DNA of 64,000 nucleotides from Tortispora ganteri (lineage: Eukaryota). The notes under the pieces are model-generated. The model did not search any database. It was not told where the DNA came from and saw nothing but the letters and a program-made list of their open reading frames with translations. The stretch lies in the NCBI GenBank assembly GCA_003707115.1, contig PPNB01000015.1, positions 124,001-188,000 on the forward strand, written 5' to 3'. Shown here piece by piece: positions 23,108-35,021 of the stretch. Numbering within the stretch: the stretch's first letter is position 1; every line of letters begins with the position of its first letter. The translations under genes were made by a program, and so were the position numbers.

Positions 23108-23294
23108 GTTGAAGAAATGCGAGATACTAAAACCACGAAAAAAACAGTAAAATCAAACACTGTAATTATCTTACTTTTTATATTCGGAAAAAGTCTTGTT
23201 TGAAGTCTCAATTTTTGAAACCTGACACCGTTGACTAGGAACTGAGGTGAAAGGAGTTTTCTAATGGGCTCTCGAGTTTGCCTGTTGCTGGGTT

Positions 23295-23304
23295 GTCACG
23301 TGAT
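23295..23304. promoter_or_regulatory. RTCACGTG E-box (Cbf1-type bHLH site) upstream of SEC31
   Basis: GTCACGTGAT lies about 190 nt upstream of the SEC31 ATG. The same motif recurs at 30594 and 57535. Confidence 0.4.
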
Positions 23305-23480
23305 AGAAAGGGGGTTTAGAAATATGAAGGACACGTAGCACTACCTTAATAGCTGTTTTTTTGACAATCTACGTCAATTTTACTGTTATAATGTAATTTA
23401 ATTGTAAAATTTCATTTATCCATGTTTGTAGCAAATTTACCACTACGACGGTGAGATGTTATGTTTCAGAGCTCAGACCG

Positions 23481-24833
23481 CTATACTACCTGAGCGCGGT
23501 ATGCAAATGGGCTTCCTGCAGTATCGAAACAGTTCGAGTCCCTAGCTAACCGCATACGCATCTTAATTGCTGCTGGTGCAGTATGAGGTGCTTTTTGTAT
23601 CCTGTTAGGCGAGCTCAGCCTTACTGTTGTTGATCTGACAGGAGTTGTGTAGCCTACAGTCGGGGTAAACTGCGGCGGATTGGGAATCGCAAAGTCGAAC
23701 GACAATCGCTTCATTCTATTATGCGATTCAGGAGACCTGCGTAGGCTGAAGTATGTATCTGAATGGTTCAATAAAGAAGCCAAAGGGATGTGGTATGTGG
23801 ATCTTACCGGCGAGTCCATCCTTGGTAAAAGAATCGGGGTACAGAATGGCGCATAAGGTGGCTCCAAGGTCGGAATTTTTGCTTTCTTCGGTGTCCGAGG
23901 ACACTTCGGTTTCCGTGCTTTAGTTAACAGTGGTTGTCTTTGAAGTAAATCTGCTACCCAATTATCACAGTCCGCTATAACGTGATAATCTATGACATCT
24001 TTCCATGCCGAGTGTGACACGGTTCCAACGTTAACAAGGATCACCACACCTCCACGTTCATGAACCTTTTTAGCTGCAGCACGTACTAGCTGCTTTATTC
24101 CCTTGACTTTCAGCGAAGTACCGGCGATTATAAGACAATCAGGCCTTGATTTTATGTCGTTTGCGGCGCAATTGCCTATTTCTGATCCGTGCGGATGGTC
24201 TTCCCCATAAAGAACTATATCTGGGCGTAGTACGCCCACCCCCAGGGTTCTTTTCCCTGCCTGTTCTCGTTCACATGCTCTTACTGCACAACTTGGACAC
24301 AATGGTAGTTCATTACTATAAATGCTTTCGAGATGCGAGGCCGTCCAGCTGAACTGTTCAAAACAGGACATGCATTTTAGTGTATGAATATCACCGTGTA
24401 ATTGCACCACATCACTTTCCTTTGTAGTACCAATTGTGAGACCAATTTGTGATTCCAAGCCGTCAATATTCTGTGTGTAGCATCTTAAGAGTCTTCCCGA
24501 ATCCTTCAACTGTCTAACAAACTGGTGTGTGGGGGTTGGACAAGCTTCTAGCATGCAACTTCTCATATTGGCAATAAAAGTAAAAAATGCCTGGGTAGTA
24601 CGCGGACTATTGAATATGATCGCATCAAAGAAATCTTTGCCTTTGAGTTTCATATCGCTGAACTGGTTCTGCGCTAAAGAGTAGTAGCCGGATGCTGATC
24701 GAAAGTCCGGGATCCCAGCATTGCAAGATATTCCAGCGCCAGTAACTAAAACTACTTTCTTTGATTTAGCTATACTAGCAGAAATCTGCGATAGATCGTC
24801 CTCATATCCGCTTTCTAGTCGGACTTGCTTCAT
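23481..24833 (-). CDS. HST3: NAD-dependent deacetylase, Hst3/Hst4 class sirtuin
   Basis: TGAGISCNAGIPDFRS, YTQNIDGLE, QLHG, Zn-binding CxxC..CxxC, RPDIVLYGE and GTSLK. Forkhead-type GTAAACA at 24891 upstream fits HST3-like regulation. Confidence 0.82.
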   Translation of the reverse strand: MKQVRLESGYEDDLSQISASIAKSKKVVLVTGAGISCNAGIPDFRSASGYYSLAQNQFSDMKLKGKDFFDAIIFNSPRTTQAFFTFIANMRSCMLEACPTPTHQFVRQLKDSGRLLRCYTQNIDGLESQIGLTIGTTKESDVVQLHGDIHTLKCMSCFEQFSWTASHLESIYSNELPLCPSCAVRACEREQAGKRTLGVGVLRPDIVLYGEDHPHGSEIGNCAANDIKSRPDCLIIAGTSLKVKGIKQLVRAAAKKVHERGGVVILVNVGTVSHSAWKDVIDYHVIADCDNWVADLLQRQPLLTKARKPKCPRTPKKAKIPTLEPPYAPFCTPILLPRMDSPVRSTYHIPLASLLNHSDTYFSLRRSPESHNRMKRLSFDFAIPNPPQFTPTVGYTTPVRSTTVRLSSPNRIQKAPHTAPAAIKMRMRLARDSNCFDTAGSPFAYRAQVV

Positions 24834-25103
24834 AGTTGTGTATGTATAGGTTTAGAATGGTAAACCAATTACTATCCCAAAGCGGCAGGTGTAAACAGTC
24901 AAAAGCGTACGTTTTCAACCAATTACAAATGTTGATTATGGTTGTCATAACAACACTTTTTGAAGGTTCATTCATTTGAACCTTTACTGCTTCGTACGAA
25001 CAACCAATTCTTGTTCAGAAAACGTCATTGAAAAAGTTCTTCGCGCCTTAATTGTGCTGTATCACATTGTCTTTTTTTTTTTTACTTAGTCTTTTAGTGA
25101 TAG

Positions 25104-26501
<1,398 letters not shown>

Positions 26502-26546
26502 TTTATGGCTATCAACTCAAGTTTTTAGTATAGTACAGTACGTATT

Positions 26547-29500
26547 TCATGCTCCTACAGACACAGATAATGAAGCATCCTGACTCATGGATACATCTTC
26601 ATCGGCTTCTTCCTTTTCGACAGCCTGATCTTCATCTTGCATGCAAACATCTTCATCCATTGCCATTTCATTTTGTTGTTCTGATTCTGTATCCAGTTTT
26701 ACGTTTTCAGTTTCATTGTTTTGGCGAGAATGAGCGGCTGGGATGTCGTCAAGCATTTCAGCATCAGCTTTCGCATCCTCAAACTCTAGTTCACTGTCGC
26801 CGTCGTCACTCGTTTGACTTGCGTTGTCTAAATTAGTTATATGTTCAGAGACAACAAGCTGCTTGTCTTCATTTAGCTCTGCCTTTTCCTCTTGGTGCTC
26901 GATCATCGATTTTGCAGTATCCTCAGCATCCTCAGCATCCTTTTCGACTTCCATTGGCTTCAAATCGCACGATTCATTATCAAATACCCTTGGGTTCTCC
27001 TTGTAATGCCTCACATCCTCGTTTTCAGGAGCAATGCATTCAGCAGTGAATATGATTCTTTCCCATTCGTGTTTTTGACATTCTGCAAGCCTGGACAAAA
27101 GCCTTTCGATTAATTGCTTAACTTGTGACTCTTTCAGAGACATACTCCTCACAAGGATTTGTATAATGTTTTTAAACTTTTCAAGATCAAGAGATTCTTC
27201 TGCACATAGGATAGAAAATGTGTCAACAAAAGCATTATAAAGAGCATTATCTTTCGCTGCAAATTCAGTAAAGAAAGTAGTAGCTAATTCCGATATTGAC
27301 TTATCGTCATTGACAAGACACTTAGCAATATGCCCCAATTGACCCTTAACTTTCAATTGACCCACTAAGATCAGGAAAGAAAGTGTAGTCAAACACGTGC
27401 GTCGAACCATAACGTTTGAATCCTCCAAGCAGTTATATAAGTAGCTAGTATTGGCTTCAATAAGACCATTGAAGCTCACTGCCAAATCACCTAGCCCAAT
27501 TACTATATTTGAGCGAATAACAGGGTCTTTAGAATTCTGGAGAATGGTCAATAACAATGGAAGATTATCTTCACAGTACTTCCCTGACACACACATAAAC
27601 TTGGTCATTGTCAGAGTTGCAACGCTTTGCAGCTTCGCATTCCTATAGGTAAGGTTGCGTGAGCAAATTCGACTAACCATTGGAGCAAATCGCGCCAGGA
27701 GTGAACGCGAACCGTAGAGTAATTCTTTTTCACGAACTATATTCATGGTATCTGAAATATCATCTTCAATCGGGGCAACAGCTCTGTCGAGATCGTCGGC
27801 AGCAGCAGCGGCAGAAGCTGATGAAGCTGAAGCGGTTGTAGAACGTGCTTTTTCCTGCGATTTCAATCTTTTATATGTCTTTTCGCAAAACTCCATGTAA
27901 ACTATTTGCTCAATGGCAACTTGGCCAACGAGAAATATTAGTTGACAGAGTTTATCAACAGAATCTTGTTCTGATGATTCGTCTTCAGAGAATACTTCCG
28001 ATGTAAGCTGCCTTATAGCATGTGTGCAGATAACATCAGGGTGGTCAGCTAAATGATATATTGATTTAACTGCTGCTTCGCATGCTCCATACCAGTCCGT
28101 GCTAGAACTATAAGTGAGAAGAACGGCTACAATTCGAGCAATAAGATCATGGTCAGTCGGTAATCGAATCAAATCATCCGGCGTAACTCTGTTAGCAGAC
28201 GGAATCACCATATGGCGTAGCGCTATACAAGTGTATTTTGCCAGTACGGGGTCTTCTCTTCCGTAAGAGCCAAGCCCAATATTGGTCAATTGTGCTAGAC
28301 GATCAGTTACAATCCTGTTGTCGGAGGCAGCCATCATTCCTAATATAATGATTGCACCTCGTCGCTGACTGTGACTCATGCGCCCTTGCAAGCTGTATAT
28401 ATCCCAGAGCGAGGTTATCACTCCATACGTAAAAATATTTTTCTTCATAGCCAATGTAATCAGTTTCTCTAGGGAAGCTAACTCTGCAAGTGAAGAACCA
28501 TAAGTAAGAGTAATAAGCGATCTAGCTACTTCGAGATCTTTCTCACGATGAGTAGCATTAGAAGATCTTGGAGTGAAAAACAAAATAGTATAGAATTCAA
28601 GTAGTCTAGCCTGCACGGAGGTTGTATTTGCCCCTGATTCATCATCAGATAGCTTTACCCAGACTAGATGTATCATTTGCCGTATTCCGGCTGCCGCTCC
28701 ATAGATTTGGTAAGTTTCAGCAGTAACAAAAAAGTCCATTGCATCTACCACTTCACCTTTCCGTTTTGAGTCGAGCAGATGTAATGCGATAGAACATGCA
28801 TCTTCCATTAAGGAAATAAAATCTAACGTTTCACTGTAATACTCCTGCATATGTCTCAGTTTTTGAAGAGTTAAAAACTTTTCCTTCAAATTATCATCAA
28901 TTTCTATCTCTTTTTCATCAACTGCGGATCCGGTTGCATCCAATAGTTCATTTCTCACTGGTGTAACATGGTCATCATGTACATGTTCCGCTGGTGCAGC
29001 GGGCAAAATATCTGACAATTGAGATTCATCAGCTTCTTGCAGAGTTTCAAGCCTGCCTTTCTTTTGAGGAGCAGGTGTAACCGGCTCAATGATTTTTTTT
29101 AAGCTCAGTTCTGATTCTAGTTTGGCAATAGCTTGGATAGTATTCTCAAGCCTAGTGGACCACTCGTTCCTATTCAAAGTTTGACCATGAATTACGCCAT
29201 ATGGATGATTTTTTAACAAACTTGTCAATGCCGCCATAGCTTTCCGTCGTACCAGAAAAGATTTGTCTTCAAGTCTTTGTTTTAGAAGCAAAGCTACAGT
29301 TAAAAACTTCTCACGGAAGCAAGACCTCTCTGCCATGATTGCTAGGAGTCCCTGAAGAGCTGCTTTCCTGCATAATCCGTTCATATCATTCGCATGCACG
29401 ATGAGAACAGCAAATAATGAATCCATGGTCGGCTGAGGGTCAGTTGTAAACTCTTCCCTATGCTTCGAAACATAGAGCAGAAGATTTCCAGTGGCAGTTA

Positions 29501-30497
29501 GGATGGCAGACCTGATTTGAGCATTTTCGCTATTCAATAATACGTTCTGCTGCTCTCCAGCATCCGGATCACCTGTAAATTTAACAAATTGTCTAAGGAA
29601 TGACCTGGGGACATATTCCGACAAATATACTATAAATTCTGCAATGTTCTTAGGGGTCTTTGAATCGGTAGCGGAATAGTGATCATCTTTTATCTGTTTT
29701 ACCATTTCATCAATTAAGGCAGAAGACTCATACTCAACAGCAAAAATCTGAACAAGCTCAGCGACATATCTAGAAACATTCTCGTATAAGCGTACTGCTG
29801 AGATAAGTGGAACCACAGAGTATGAAACGTAATTATGGTTTTTCATGATAATGCAGAGCAGTTTAATGATTGGCAAACGAACTTGAGAATCAAGACATCT
29901 GCGATCATCTTGGTAAAAAGCTATGCAAATGTTGTGAAACAAGCCAACAAAATCTTTATACTCCAGTGAGGAGTCGAAAAGGACGGAGAGTTGTAATTGG
30001 AACAGAGCGGTCAGCGGGAAAATGACAGAAAGCAATCTATCCGTACCGAGAAGCTCGCGTTGTTTAGTTTTTGCATCTTTTGTTCTGGCAGACTCTTTTG
30101 CAGCTGACGGGGTATATGTGAGAGTAGAAGCACAAATCAGATAGGCAATAAAGCCGACTCTTTCGAGTAGTTCGCGGTTAATGGAGCGTGATTCTTCGTC
30201 TTTAGAAGCAATAGCAGTACTCAAATTGGTAGATAAGGATGAAATAACAGAGCCAACACTGTCAGCAAACTCGTTTAATCTCCAACGGTTGTGTCTATCA
30301 GCCTTCGAAAGATCAGTAAGTGATATATTGATCAAAATATTGAATGTTTCTTGATCATTGAAGAGCGTATGATCTTCGGCGATTCGAGCAGAAAGATCCG
30401 GCACTAACTCGTCCAACGAGCTCTGAAGCTGATCACCACCTAAATCACCACTTTCGTATAGCTGACAGTATGTTTTTAACTGAAAAGGTTCATCCAT
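26547..30497 (-). CDS. YCS4: Condensin HEAT subunit Ycs4/Cnd1 (CAP-D2)
   Basis: RLEDKS.LVRRKA, HPYG..HG..L, EKELLYG..SLLARF.P, KFMCVS..YCE.NLPLL and IRSNIVIGLGD, plus an acidic tail. Start taken at MDEPF (30497); an upstream in-frame ATG exists at 30581. Confidence 0.93.
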   Translation of the reverse strand: MDEPFQLKTYCQLYESGDLGGDQLQSSLDELVPDLSARIAEDHTLFNDQETFNILINISLTDLSKADRHNRWRLNEFADSVGSVISSLSTNLSTAIASKDEESRSINRELLERVGFIAYLICASTLTYTPSAAKESARTKDAKTKQRELLGTDRLLSVIFPLTALFQLQLSVLFDSSLEYKDFVGLFHNICIAFYQDDRRCLDSQVRLPIIKLLCIIMKNHNYVSYSVVPLISAVRLYENVSRYVAELVQIFAVEYESSALIDEMVKQIKDDHYSATDSKTPKNIAEFIVYLSEYVPRSFLRQFVKFTGDPDAGEQQNVLLNSENAQIRSAILTATGNLLLYVSKHREEFTTDPQPTMDSLFAVLIVHANDMNGLCRKAALQGLLAIMAERSCFREKFLTVALLLKQRLEDKSFLVRRKAMAALTSLLKNHPYGVIHGQTLNRNEWSTRLENTIQAIAKLESELSLKKIIEPVTPAPQKKGRLETLQEADESQLSDILPAAPAEHVHDDHVTPVRNELLDATGSAVDEKEIEIDDNLKEKFLTLQKLRHMQEYYSETLDFISLMEDACSIALHLLDSKRKGEVVDAMDFFVTAETYQIYGAAAGIRQMIHLVWVKLSDDESGANTTSVQARLLEFYTILFFTPRSSNATHREKDLEVARSLITLTYGSSLAELASLEKLITLAMKKNIFTYGVITSLWDIYSLQGRMSHSQRRGAIIILGMMAASDNRIVTDRLAQLTNIGLGSYGREDPVLAKYTCIALRHMVIPSANRVTPDDLIRLPTDHDLIARIVAVLLTYSSSTDWYGACEAAVKSIYHLADHPDVICTHAIRQLTSEVFSEDESSEQDSVDKLCQLIFLVGQVAIEQIVYMEFCEKTYKRLKSQEKARSTTASASSASAAAAADDLDRAVAPIEDDISDTMNIVREKELLYGSRSLLARFAPMVSRICSRNLTYRNAKLQSVATLTMTKFMCVSGKYCEDNLPLLLTILQNSKDPVIRSNIVIGLGDLAVSFNGLIEANTSYLYNCLEDSNVMVRRTCLTTLSFLILVGQLKVKGQLGHIAKCLVNDDKSISELATTFFTEFAAKDNALYNAFVDTFSILCAEESLDLEKFKNIIQILVRSMSLKESQVKQLIERLLSRLAECQKHEWERIIFTAECIAPENEDVRHYKENPRVFDNESCDLKPMEVEKDAEDAEDTAKSMIEHQEEKAELNEDKQLVVSEHITNLDNASQTSDDGDSELEFEDAKADAEMLDDIPAAHSRQNNETENVKLDTESEQQNEMAMDEDVCMQDEDQAVEKEEADEDVSMSQDASLSVSVGA

Positions 30498-30550
30498 AGC
30501 GAAGTGTATGTGTAAAAAAGGGAAATACGAATATGTGTAATCAGTAGGCT

Positions 30551-30631
30551 TGTTTACATATATGAAGGTGGGTGTTTGCATAGCAACGGTTTAATCACGT
30601 GATCTACGTGTTTGTGTAACGCTGTGACGCG
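30551..30631. promoter_or_regulatory. Compact divergent YCS4/CDC7 promoter with forkhead, E-box and MCB-core motifs
   Basis: TGTTTAC (30551), palindromic ATCACGTGAT (30594-30603) and ACGCG (30627). Confidence 0.4.
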
Positions 30632-30676
30632 GATGTAGCTACCTAAGGTCTAAACACTATCCACTAAATTCCAAAC

Positions 30677-32026
30677 ATGTATTGTCTGCAGACAATGCCT
30701 CCTAACTCGCCAAGTGCGCGGAGAGAGGTTAAACGAAGTCTTGAAGATAAAGAGAATGATTCTATGAGCAAAATGGCACGATTCGAAGAGGCCATTGAAC
30801 GTAAGAAGAGGGTCAATACGCTGAGTGAGGAAGAAGGTGGTGGTTCAGATGACAGTGACGAAGATGACGAATTACTGGACGAAGAACAGCGTCTAGAAAT
30901 AAAACAATTTAATGAAGCATTTCCGTCATTGTCTGAACATTATAAAGTTGTTGAAAAAATAGGTGACGGAGCATTTAGCAGTGTTTACAAAGCGATCGAT
31001 TTGAAGTACAATAGTTATCAAAATAGATGGGACACGAACAAAAAGTTGTCCTTAGAAGAGGCAGCGAATAGAGAGTCTGGAAGTTCTCGGAAGCATTATG
31101 TTGCAATCAAGAGAATATATACAACTGTTAGTATACAAAGGATCTTGAACGAATTGAACACAATGAGAAGTCTGTCATTCAGCCGTCGAGTCATTCCTCT
31201 TATAACCGCTATGCGATATCAAGACGAGATATTAGCAGTGGTTCCTTACTATAAAACAGTTTACTTTAGGTCTATATACCGCAAAATGACTTTTGATGAT
31301 ATACGATTCTATATGAAAAATCTTTTTCTTGGTTTGGCTGACATTCATCATTTAGGAATCATTCACAGAGATATCAAACCAGCTAACTTTTTGTATAATA
31401 TCGAGACTAGGAAAGGTGTCGTCCTAGATTTCGGCCTTGCTGAGACAGAACAAAAAAATGCATTGTGCCCCTGCAGAATGCCAGGCACTTCCGCTCGTAT
31501 TAAAGAAGCGTTGACAAGAAAGCCCATCAAAGGATTCCCCAAGGAAGATTATAGGCCAAGCCGCCGAGCTAATCGCGGTGGTACTAGAGGATACAGAGCA
31601 CCTGAAGTTCTTCTGAAATGCGGCAATCAAACTACTAAGCTGGATATTTGGGGTGCGGGTATGATTTTATTAGCGTACCTATGCCGAAGATACCCTGTAA
31701 TGCGGTCGCTTGACGACGTGGACGGATTGATCGAAATGGCTACGTTGTTTGGAAAGCGGCGCATGCAGGCATGTGCCGCCTTACATGGCTCTATTCTTGA
31801 ACTGGAACTACCCACAGTGAAAGATACCACTACTAGTTTCAGTTCATTCATAAAATGGTGCCTGCAGGACGAGTCGGAAGAAGACGATCCCATGCGCTGC
31901 AGCGATGAGGAGCTTACGTTAGGTCTTGACTTTGTCTCTAAGTGCCTTGAACTTGATTTTCGAAGACGAATTAGTGCTAAAGAGGCATTAAAACATCCTT
32001 TCCTTGCTGATGTTGAAGTGCCTTGA
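30677..32026 (+). CDS. CDC7: Cdc7/Hsk1 DDK protein kinase
   Basis: KIGDGAFSSVYKA, VAIKRIY, HRDIKPANFL, DFGLAE, kinase insert ending RRANRGGTRGYRAPEVLLKCGNQTTKLDIW. Confidence 0.93.
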   Translation: MYCLQTMPPNSPSARREVKRSLEDKENDSMSKMARFEEAIERKKRVNTLSEEEGGGSDDSDEDDELLDEEQRLEIKQFNEAFPSLSEHYKVVEKIGDGAFSSVYKAIDLKYNSYQNRWDTNKKLSLEEAANRESGSSRKHYVAIKRIYTTVSIQRILNELNTMRSLSFSRRVIPLITAMRYQDEILAVVPYYKTVYFRSIYRKMTFDDIRFYMKNLFLGLADIHHLGIIHRDIKPANFLYNIETRKGVVLDFGLAETEQKNALCPCRMPGTSARIKEALTRKPIKGFPKEDYRPSRRANRGGTRGYRAPEVLLKCGNQTTKLDIWGAGMILLAYLCRRYPVMRSLDDVDGLIEMATLFGKRRMQACAALHGSILELELPTVKDTTTSFSSFIKWCLQDESEEDDPMRCSDEELTLGLDFVSKCLELDFRRRISAKEALKHPFLADVEVP

Positions 32027-32128
32027 GGCAAAAAAACCACAATTGCATGTTACTTCATGGAGCCAGCTATCCCGTGCTACTACCTATGCTTAACCCACCC
32101 TTTCACACGCACTCACCATACCCTAACG

Positions 32129-32728
32129 ATGGAGGATCGAATACAACATTTAAGCAGCAATATAGATCCAGAGGTATGTACGTTTTTGAACTCAGCTTTG
32201 CAACGATTATCTAACATTGAGAAGAAATATATAGACAGGATTATCAGAGAGAGGATCAAGGAGTCAATGTACTGGAAAGCTGACTGTTTTGGCTTGAGTG
32301 CGGCTACGCTATGCGACAAAGCTGTACACTTAAAATACATTGGAGGCCAATTAGATAACCAAAAGCCTTCAGAATTTTTGTGTTTGCTACTAAAATTACA
32401 ACAAATATCTCCCCAGACTGACATAATTTTAGAATATATCAATCAACCGCACTTCAAGTATCTCACAGCCCTTGCGTGTATGTACGTGAGGCTGAATTGG
32501 CCTTCTGTAGCAATTTACAAGACACTTGAGCCGCTACTAGGCGATTACAGAAAGCTAAGATTTTACGACCATTCTGGTGTGAGGTTGAGTTATATTGATG
32601 AGTTTATTGACATTTTGTTAACCCGCGAAAGGGTGTGCGATGTGACTCTTCCCCGACTTGTAAGAAGATCGGTATTGCAGGCAAATGGTGAAATAGAACC
32701 TAGAGTTTCACCATTAAAAAATAATTAA
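32129..32728 (+). CDS. PRP38: Pre-mRNA splicing factor Prp38; exons 32129-32173 and 32225-32728
   Basis: IIRERIKESMYWK..CFGL, P..FLCLLLKLQQI.P, FKYL.ALA..YVRL and LEPLL.DYRKLR. Removing a 51-nt intron (GTATGT...CTAAC...AAG) gives DPEKYIDRIIR, matching the spacing of the conserved NPQ.L.EKIIR motif. Confidence 0.88.
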   Translation: MEDRIQHLSSNIDPEVCTFLNSALQRLSNIEKKYIDRIIRERIKESMYWKADCFGLSAATLCDKAVHLKYIGGQLDNQKPSEFLCLLLKLQQISPQTDIILEYINQPHFKYLTALACMYVRLNWPSVAIYKTLEPLLGDYRKLRFYDHSGVRLSYIDEFIDILLTRERVCDVTLPRLVRRSVLQANGEIEPRVSPLKNN

Positions 32729-32753
32729 TGATATATAGAGAAACAGCTATTAA

Positions 32754-33101
32754 TTATAGTTCGACCACTGTAGATTCTTGGATTTGTTCTTTAGATGGTC
32801 GTTTCTTGATATTCGAAGGTCCAGGCCAGGCTCCCCAAATTAGACCTGCTCTTTGAAGGATTCTACTAACAGTATTGGAAGGCTGTGCACCAACGCCTAT
32901 CCAATATTCAGCACGATTAAAATCTAGGTGAATTTCTTTCACTGGTAAGTCTAACGACTCAGTCTTAAACGGACGAGGATTGTATGTTCCGATAACTTCT
33001 ATGGGTTTCTTATCCCTGCCAGTTTTTTGATTCGCCACTACAATATTATAAATGGGTTCTTTCTTTCTGCCAAATCTTGATAATCGAATCCGCACAACCA
33101 T
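32754..33101 (-). CDS. MRPS16: Mitochondrial ribosomal protein bS16m
   Basis: VRIRLSRFGRKKEPIYNIVVAN, RDKKPIEVIGTYNP and YWIGVGAQPS. Confidence 0.95.
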   Translation of the reverse strand: MVVRIRLSRFGRKKEPIYNIVVANQKTGRDKKPIEVIGTYNPRPFKTESLDLPVKEIHLDFNRAEYWIGVGAQPSNTVSRILQRAGLIWGAWPGPSNIKKRPSKEQIQESTVVEL

Positions 33102-33301
33102 CTTTTTCTTAACTTGATTCGTTTCTTTCCTGGTATAATCAAAAAGTTTGCGTTTGATAGTGGTTATTCGGGAACCTCATTTTAATCTCTGAAACCTTAA
33201 TTTTTCTGTTCTAATCTGATAAGTCTTTCGATTACCATTTTCTGTTCTTGCTTAGCTAAACGATACAGAACCGTAATTCTCGTGCTATAATTATACGCAT
33301 A

Positions 33302-34933
33302 ATGACTTCCAATCATGCAAATTCATCAGAAACTGATCCATTGCTTTCCGATAGCTCTGAAGATCCTGAACCTTTTGACGCCTTGAGACTTCATCTACCG
33401 TGGTACAAACGGCCTAGCCCTCTATTTATGGCATTCCCTATGCTTCTTACTATCATAGGGTTAACTATGACAATGCCTGCAGCAGTAAATGTTATTCTCA
33501 GTTTGGCTTGTCGAGCTCACTATAAAAACCAGAAGCTATCTATGGACTTCACTTCGCCCCTTCCCGCTATAGTCGATCCGATCTGCCAAGTACCCGAAGT
33601 GCATAAGATGGCATCTTTAATAAATCTTACACTTCTTACTACTCACAGTATTATTGGAATTGGCTTTATATCTTTGGTATCTTACTTTGCTGACAAGTAT
33701 GGACGTCGTCCTGCTTTGGTCTACTCTTTCTGTTGTTTCGTCATCAACCCTGCAATGATGTGTGCTGTTTGCTACTTTCCAGAAACTCTTGGTCTACCTG
33801 GTGTCTTGGCAGCATTGATCATTTCTGCTTTTTCTGGCGGAATTCAAGGAATGTTCACGGTCGGAAGCTCTTATGTGGCCGACTGCACCTCAAAGCATAC
33901 TAGAGCACATGGGTTTGGGTATATTCATGGCGCAGTATTCGCAGCTCTTGCAATCGGTCCTTTTTGCGCCGGTTTCGCCTTAAGGGCAACCCAAATTCTT
34001 GCTGTTCCTTTTTTGATTTCTACGTTTCTGTTTATTACTGCTACGTTATTTGTGCTGCTTGCGCTTCCCGAGAGCTCTACTCCCGAACAACGCAAGCAGG
34101 CAACTGATAGGTCTCAAGACATGTGGACTAAATCTACTGAGAAATACGGAAAAATTGGTGCAGTATTGGAAAAATACAACGTTGTGAGACTTATACAAAA
34201 TGAGGTTTCTCATCTTACAGGCAAAGCGAGGTTCAACATGATCCTCTTGATAGTTATCCTATCCATTTCTGAACTATTCGTTGCCGGTTTTAGCTCTGTC
34301 GTCGTTTTGTTCTTGGAGTACATGTATCATTGGACTACTGAACAAACAAGCTACTTTATTTCAGGAGCGGGTCTTTTTAGGTCTATTGGTATATTCACTA
34401 TTTATCCGCTGATTTTGAAAGCGCTGCGCATGTGCTTTAAGCCTCTTCAACCCAAAATAGGGATGGACACAGTTGATCGCATTATTATTGTATTCACCTG
34501 TGGATTTCAAGCCATTGGACTCATTTTACCTCCGTTGCTCCCCACAGCTACTGATTTCACTGTTGTATACTTTGTTTTCTGCGTATTATGTTCTCCGCTG
34601 AGTCCTGTGATGCGTGCGGGACTTACCAAGTTCACTTCTCATGGCCGTGTGGCTAGTCTTCTGGCGGCAATCTCTGCTCTTAATAGTGTTCTAGCGATTA
34701 TTGGACAAATTATGTTTCAGGTTATATATGCAGTGACAGTATCCTCTGAGCCTCGCATGATCTACTTCTCAGGAGGCGTTCTGTTCATTGTAGCTTTTTC
34801 TCTTTCTTTATTCATCAAAGAGACGCATGAGGACGGTGACGTGGACTATTTTACGGCAGAAAGGAATCACAGAGAAAGTATCAGTCGTTCACTTCATCAA
34901 TCTACGACGAATTTGCGGGAAGGTGATGTATAG
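33302..34933 (+). CDS. MFS transporter (SLC46/tetracycline-efflux-like, YJL163C-type)
   Basis: About 12 hydrophobic segments, motif A-like ADKYGRR, SYVADCT..TRA and N-terminal ETDPLL dileucine sorting motif. Confidence 0.85.
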   Translation: MTSNHANSSETDPLLSDSSEDPEPFDALRLHLPWYKRPSPLFMAFPMLLTIIGLTMTMPAAVNVILSLACRAHYKNQKLSMDFTSPLPAIVDPICQVPEVHKMASLINLTLLTTHSIIGIGFISLVSYFADKYGRRPALVYSFCCFVINPAMMCAVCYFPETLGLPGVLAALIISAFSGGIQGMFTVGSSYVADCTSKHTRAHGFGYIHGAVFAALAIGPFCAGFALRATQILAVPFLISTFLFITATLFVLLALPESSTPEQRKQATDRSQDMWTKSTEKYGKIGAVLEKYNVVRLIQNEVSHLTGKARFNMILLIVILSISELFVAGFSSVVVLFLEYMYHWTTEQTSYFISGAGLFRSIGIFTIYPLILKALRMCFKPLQPKIGMDTVDRIIIVFTCGFQAIGLILPPLLPTATDFTVVYFVFCVLCSPLSPVMRAGLTKFTSHGRVASLLAAISALNSVLAIIGQIMFQVIYAVTVSSEPRMIYFSGGVLFIVAFSLSLFIKETHEDGDVDYFTAERNHRESISRSLHQSTTNLREGDV

Positions 34934-35021
34934 TCTTAACATTGAAGGTTACTTGGATTATCAATGAGAGGGGAAATTTAGCAGGAACTGTGTAATGTTA
35001 TCAGTATTTTATTTACTCTTA

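Noticed and set aside
23295..23420. CDEI-like GTCACGTG suggesting a point centromere
   Set aside because: It is not followed by an ~80-bp >90% AT CDEII or a CDEIII CCG motif; better explained as a promoter E-box.
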